From NCBI GenBank assembly GCA_965644295.1, contig CBFFRP010000218.1:1-64000 (forward strand): a stretch of DNA of 64,000 nucleotides, given 5' to 3'. Within the stretch, counting starts at the first letter, position 1; every line of letters starts with the position of its first letter. The notes under the pieces are model-generated. The model had not been told where the DNA came from. It ran no database searches and was given only the letters and a program-made list of their open reading frames with translations. The position numbers were made by a program, and so were the translations under genes. This document shows positions 61,101-64,000 of the stretch, in pieces. This DNA is from Paraphysomonas bandaiensis (lineage: Eukaryota; Protista; Chrysophyceae).

Positions 61101-62803
61101 AGCCACTGCAGTACATCCCAGTGTCCACCCTCAGCTGCAGCATTGCAAGTCCGTTCATCCCAGGGACATGGAGGGTCCTGTGAACGAAGCCACTGCAGTA
61201 CATCCAAGTGTCCATATCTAGCGGGATAAATACAAGTCTGACTATCCCATGAACATGGAGGGTCCTGTGAACGAAGCCACCGCAATATATCCAAGTGTCC
61301 ATCTCTAGCAGCAGCATTGCAAGTCCGTTCATCCCAGGGACATGGAGGGTCCTGTGAGCGAAGCCACTGCAGTACATCCAAGTGTCCATCTCTAGCAGCA
61401 GCACGGCAAGTCCATTCATCCCATGGACATGGAGGGTCCTGTGAGCGAAGCCACTGCAGTACCTCCAAGTGTCCACCCTCAGCTGCAGCATTGCAAGTCC
61501 ATTCATTCCAGGGACATGGAGGGTCCTGTGAGCGAAGCCACTGTAGAACATCCAAGTGTCCATCTCTAGCAGCAGGACCGCAAGACCAAAACTTCCATCC
61601 ATTTGAAAATTCCTGTGAACAAAGCCACCGCAGAACATCCAAGTGTCCACGTTCTACAGCAGCACGGCAAGTCCATTCATCCCATGGACATGGAGGGTCC
61701 TGTGAACGAAGCCACTGCAGTACCTCCAACTGTCCACCCTCAGATGCAGCATTGCAAGTCCGTTCATCCCAGGGACATGGAGGGTCCTGTGAACGAAGCC
61801 ACTGCAGTACATCCAAGTGTCCATATCTAGCAGCAGCATTGCAAGTCTGGCTATCCCAGGGACATGGAGGGTCCTGTGAACGAAGCCACTGCAGAACATC
61901 CAAGTGTCCATCCACAACTGCAGCATTGCAAGTCCGTTCATCCCAGGGACATGGAGGGTCCTGTGAACGAAGCCACTGCAGTACATCCAAGTGTCCACCC
62001 TCAGCTGCAGCATTGCAAGTATCTTCATCCCATGGACATGGAGGGTCCTGCGAACGAAGCCACTGCAGAACATCCAAGTGTCCATATCTAGCAGCAGCAT
62101 AGCAAGTCTGGCTATCCCATGGACATGGAGGGTCCTGTGAACGAAGCCACTGCAGTACATCCAAGTGTCCACCTTCTACAGCAGCATAGCAAGTCCATTC
62201 ATCCCAGGGACATGGAGGGCCCTGTGAACGAAGCCACTGCAGTACATCCAAGTGTCCACCTTCTACAGCAGCATAGCAAGTCCATTCATCCCAGGGACAT
62301 GGAGGGCCCTGTGAACGAAGCCACTGCAGAACTTCCAAGTGTCCATCCTCAGCTGCAGCACGGCAAGTCCGTTCATTCCAGGGACATGGAGGGTCCTGTG
62401 AACGAAGCCACTGCAATACCTTCAAATGTCCACCCCTAGCAGCACACTCTGTGGGCCAATATTTTCTTTTGCTACCCCATATGTGTATAGGGTCCCTTGT
62501 GTCTGTATGTGTGCGTATATGGCTCATGAGATGTTTCAGCTGCTGTAGTCTGCCGTATAGTGCACATGCATTCACTAGATTCATATGTGGGCAGTCCATA
62601 GCCAGAGCCCATGAGACCATTGAGTTGGTCATACAGTAGTGAGATGCATGTGACTCAAGTCTCTCTCTGCTCTTATCAGTGTAGACTATATCGTGAAGTC
62701 TCTTACTAGTCATGACCACAGGAAGAAGAGCTGCGTGTGGGATCATCGAGATGATGATACGAAGAACATCATCATTAAGATCAGATAGAGTGATTTTATT
62801 CAT
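58115..62803 (-). CDS. F-box-like N-terminus + 50 tandem 29-aa ankyrin-like repeats (1562 aa)
   Basis: LSDLNDDVLRIIISMI (F-box-like), then repeats of xxxTCxAAxxxGHLDVLQWLRSQDPPCPW (87-bp unit). Intronless, frame intact. Confidence 0.9.
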   Translation of the reverse strand: MNKITLSDLNDDVLRIIISMIPHAALLPVVMTSKRLHDIVYTDKSRERLESHASHYCMTNSMVSWALAMDCPHMNLVNACALYGRLQQLKHLMSHIRTHTDTRDPIHIWGSKRKYWPTECAARGGHLKVLQWLRSQDPPCPWNERTCRAAAEDGHLEVLQWLRSQGPPCPWDEWTCYAAVEGGHLDVLQWLRSQGPPCPWDEWTCYAAVEGGHLDVLQWLRSQDPPCPWDSQTCYAAARYGHLDVLQWLRSQDPPCPWDEDTCNAAAEGGHLDVLQWLRSQDPPCPWDERTCNAAVVDGHLDVLQWLRSQDPPCPWDSQTCNAAARYGHLDVLQWLRSQDPPCPWDERTCNAASEGGQLEVLQWLRSQDPPCPWDEWTCRAAVERGHLDVLRWLCSQEFSNGWKFWSCGPAARDGHLDVLQWLRSQDPPCPWNEWTCNAAAEGGHLEVLQWLRSQDPPCPWDEWTCRAAARDGHLDVLQWLRSQDPPCPWDERTCNAAARDGHLDILRWLRSQDPPCSWDSQTCIYPARYGHLDVLQWLRSQDPPCPWDERTCNAAAEGGHWDVLQWLRSQDPPCPWSEDTCNTVVGGGHLDVLQWLRSQDPPCPWDERTCNAAAVDGHLDVLQWLRSQDPPCPWNEQDCIDAAITYWHFDVLQWLRSQNPSCPWSENTCNAAARDGQLGVLQWLRSQDPPCPWNERTCRAAVEGGHLDVLQWLRSQDPPCPWNEGCIDAAITYRHFNVLPWLRSQNPSCPWSENTCCNAARDGQLEVLQWLRSQDPPCPWNERTCRAAVEGGHLDVLQWLRSQDPPCPWSEDTWNAAVEGGHLDVLQWLRSQDPSCPWNEGCIAAAITYRHFDVLQWLRSQNPSCPWDEQTCNAAARYGHLDVLQWLRSQDPPCPWDEDTCSAAARDGHLDVLQWLRSQDPPCPWSEDTCRAAARDGHLDVLQWLRSQDPSCPWNEQGCIDVAITYRHFDVLQWLRSQNPSCPWSESTCRNAARYGQLEVLQWLRSQDPPCPWDERTCSAAVVDGHLDVLQWLRSQDPPCPWDERTCRNAARDGHLDVLRWLCSQEFSNGWKFWPFGPARYGHLDVLQWLRSQDPPCPWDERTCRAAAEDGHLDVLQWLRSQDPPCPWDERTCSAAAEGGHLNVLQWLRSQDPPCPWDERTCRAAARDGHLEVLQLLRSQDPPCPRSENTCNAAARYGHLDVLQWLRSQDPPCPWDERTCNAAARYGHLDVLQWLRSQDPPCPWSEDTCNSAAKYEHLEVLQWLRSQDPPCPWNERTCRAAAEGGHLDVLQWLRSQDPPCPWSEDTCNSAAKYEHLEVLQWLRSQDPPCPWDERTCYAAVEGGHLDVLQWLRSQDPPCPWNEWTCNAAAEGGQLEVLLWLRSQDPPCPWGVGTCRAVVGGGHLDVLQWLRSQDPPCPWDERTCNAAARDGHLDVLQWLRSQDPPCPWGVGTCRAAARDGHLDVLQWLRSQDPPCPWDERTCRAAARDGHLDVLQWLRSQDPPCPWNERTCRAAAEGGHLGILRWLRSQDPPCPWNEQGCIDAAAMYRGGDVLLWLDSQEPP

Positions 62804-62971
62804 AGTTTATATGAGGCTGATAGAGTGGCAACGCAGAGATAATAATGAGATGAGTGTGATATACACTATACACAATACAGTACTCTGCTGGGCATGCATA
62901 TATGCATATATGGGACAGACCACACAAAGAAATTTCCTCAACACAGACACAAACACCGTCACGTACGTACG

Positions 62972-63015
62972 TACATACCTACCTACCTACCTACCTACAT
63001 ACATACATACATACA

Positions 63016-63048
<33 letters not shown>

Positions 63049-63673
63049 GTACATACATACATACATACATACATACATACATACATACATACATACATAC
63101 ATACATACATACATACATACATACATACATACATACATACATACATACATACATACATACATACATACATACATACATACATACATACATACATACATAC
63201 ATACATACATACATACATACATACATACATACATACATACGTACATATATACATACATACATACATACATACATACATACATACATACATACATACATAC
63301 ATACATACATACATACATACATACATACATACATACATACATACATACATACACATACATACACATACATACCTACCTACATACCTACATACATACCTAC
63401 ATACATACATACATACATACATACATACATACATACATACATACATACATACATACATACATACATACATACATACATACATACATACATACATACATAC
63501 ATACATACATACATACATACATACATACATACATACACACATGCATACATACATACATACATACATACATACATACATACATACATACATACATACATAC
63601 ATACATACATACATACATACATACATACATACATACATACATACATACATACATACATACATACATACATACA

Positions 63674-63701
<28 letters not shown>
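62972..63701 (+). repeat. (CATA)n microsatellite
   Basis: Direct reading of the sequence. Confidence 0.98.
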
Positions 63702-63709
<8 letters not shown>

Positions 63710-64000
63710 TACTGACCAATGAAACACCTGTGAAAACATTTGATTAGCTAATTAGGATAGATATGGCTTCTTCACCTATACATACATTCATATATATATA
63801 TATTACTATCAGGTCATCAATACACACTCTCCCTATATAGAAGTAACCAACATAATCATCATTCAATTCACAACTATTTCATTTTCTTTCAAAATTTACA
63901 ATGTTTTCATCAACAAAAAAAAATAAAATCAATTTATTGGATCGTATTACACTGAAACATGATACAGTCTCCGATATCAGTTCAGATATTTCATATAATA

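Noticed and set aside
58200-62440. Regular 87-bp repeat with variable segments resembling a CRISPR array, and long + strand ORFs
   Set aside because: Units are in-frame protein repeats with homologous variable parts. There are no cas genes and the context is eukaryotic. The + strand ORFs are antisense shadows.
41805-62803. Diversity-generating retroelement linking the RT to the variable repeat gene
   Set aside because: The RT is LINE-type and broken, there is no template/variable repeat pair, and I saw no adenine-specific pattern of variation.
24272-63747. Long ORFs reading MYVC/YIHT in the three microsatellites
   Set aside because: (TATG)n has no stop codons in any frame; these are translation artefacts.

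Overview
Eukaryotic nuclear DNA: AT-rich, with short GT-AG introns. PLK4 implies a centriole/flagellum-bearing organism; a stramenopile-like protist is my inference. The first 35 kb is a nest of LTR retrotransposons. Four complete elements have LTR pairs that are identical by eye and target-site duplications: Copia 3088-8185, chromodomain Gypsy 9827-15375, decayed Copia 15928-20103 and Copia 27231-32856. There is also a truncated Copia, solo LTRs and a MULE-like remnant. The right half holds host genes: PLK4, a zinc-ribbon hypothetical protein, CDC20, an inverted pair of secreted ATP-grasp genes and an F-box plus 50 ankyrin-like-repeat gene. Three long (TATG/CATA)n arrays sit near gene 5' ends. 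Most notable: (1) an intact Copia with CG...CG LTR ends, a primer-binding site perfectly complementary over 16 nt to its own LTR (self-priming), and an apparent D-D-D integrase; (2) a family of elements bounded by terminal inverted repeats, one of which carries a LINE-type RT plus RNase H with no visible endonuclease; (3) a combinatorially shuffled F-box/ankyrin repeat array. All comparisons were made by eye and no searches were run.
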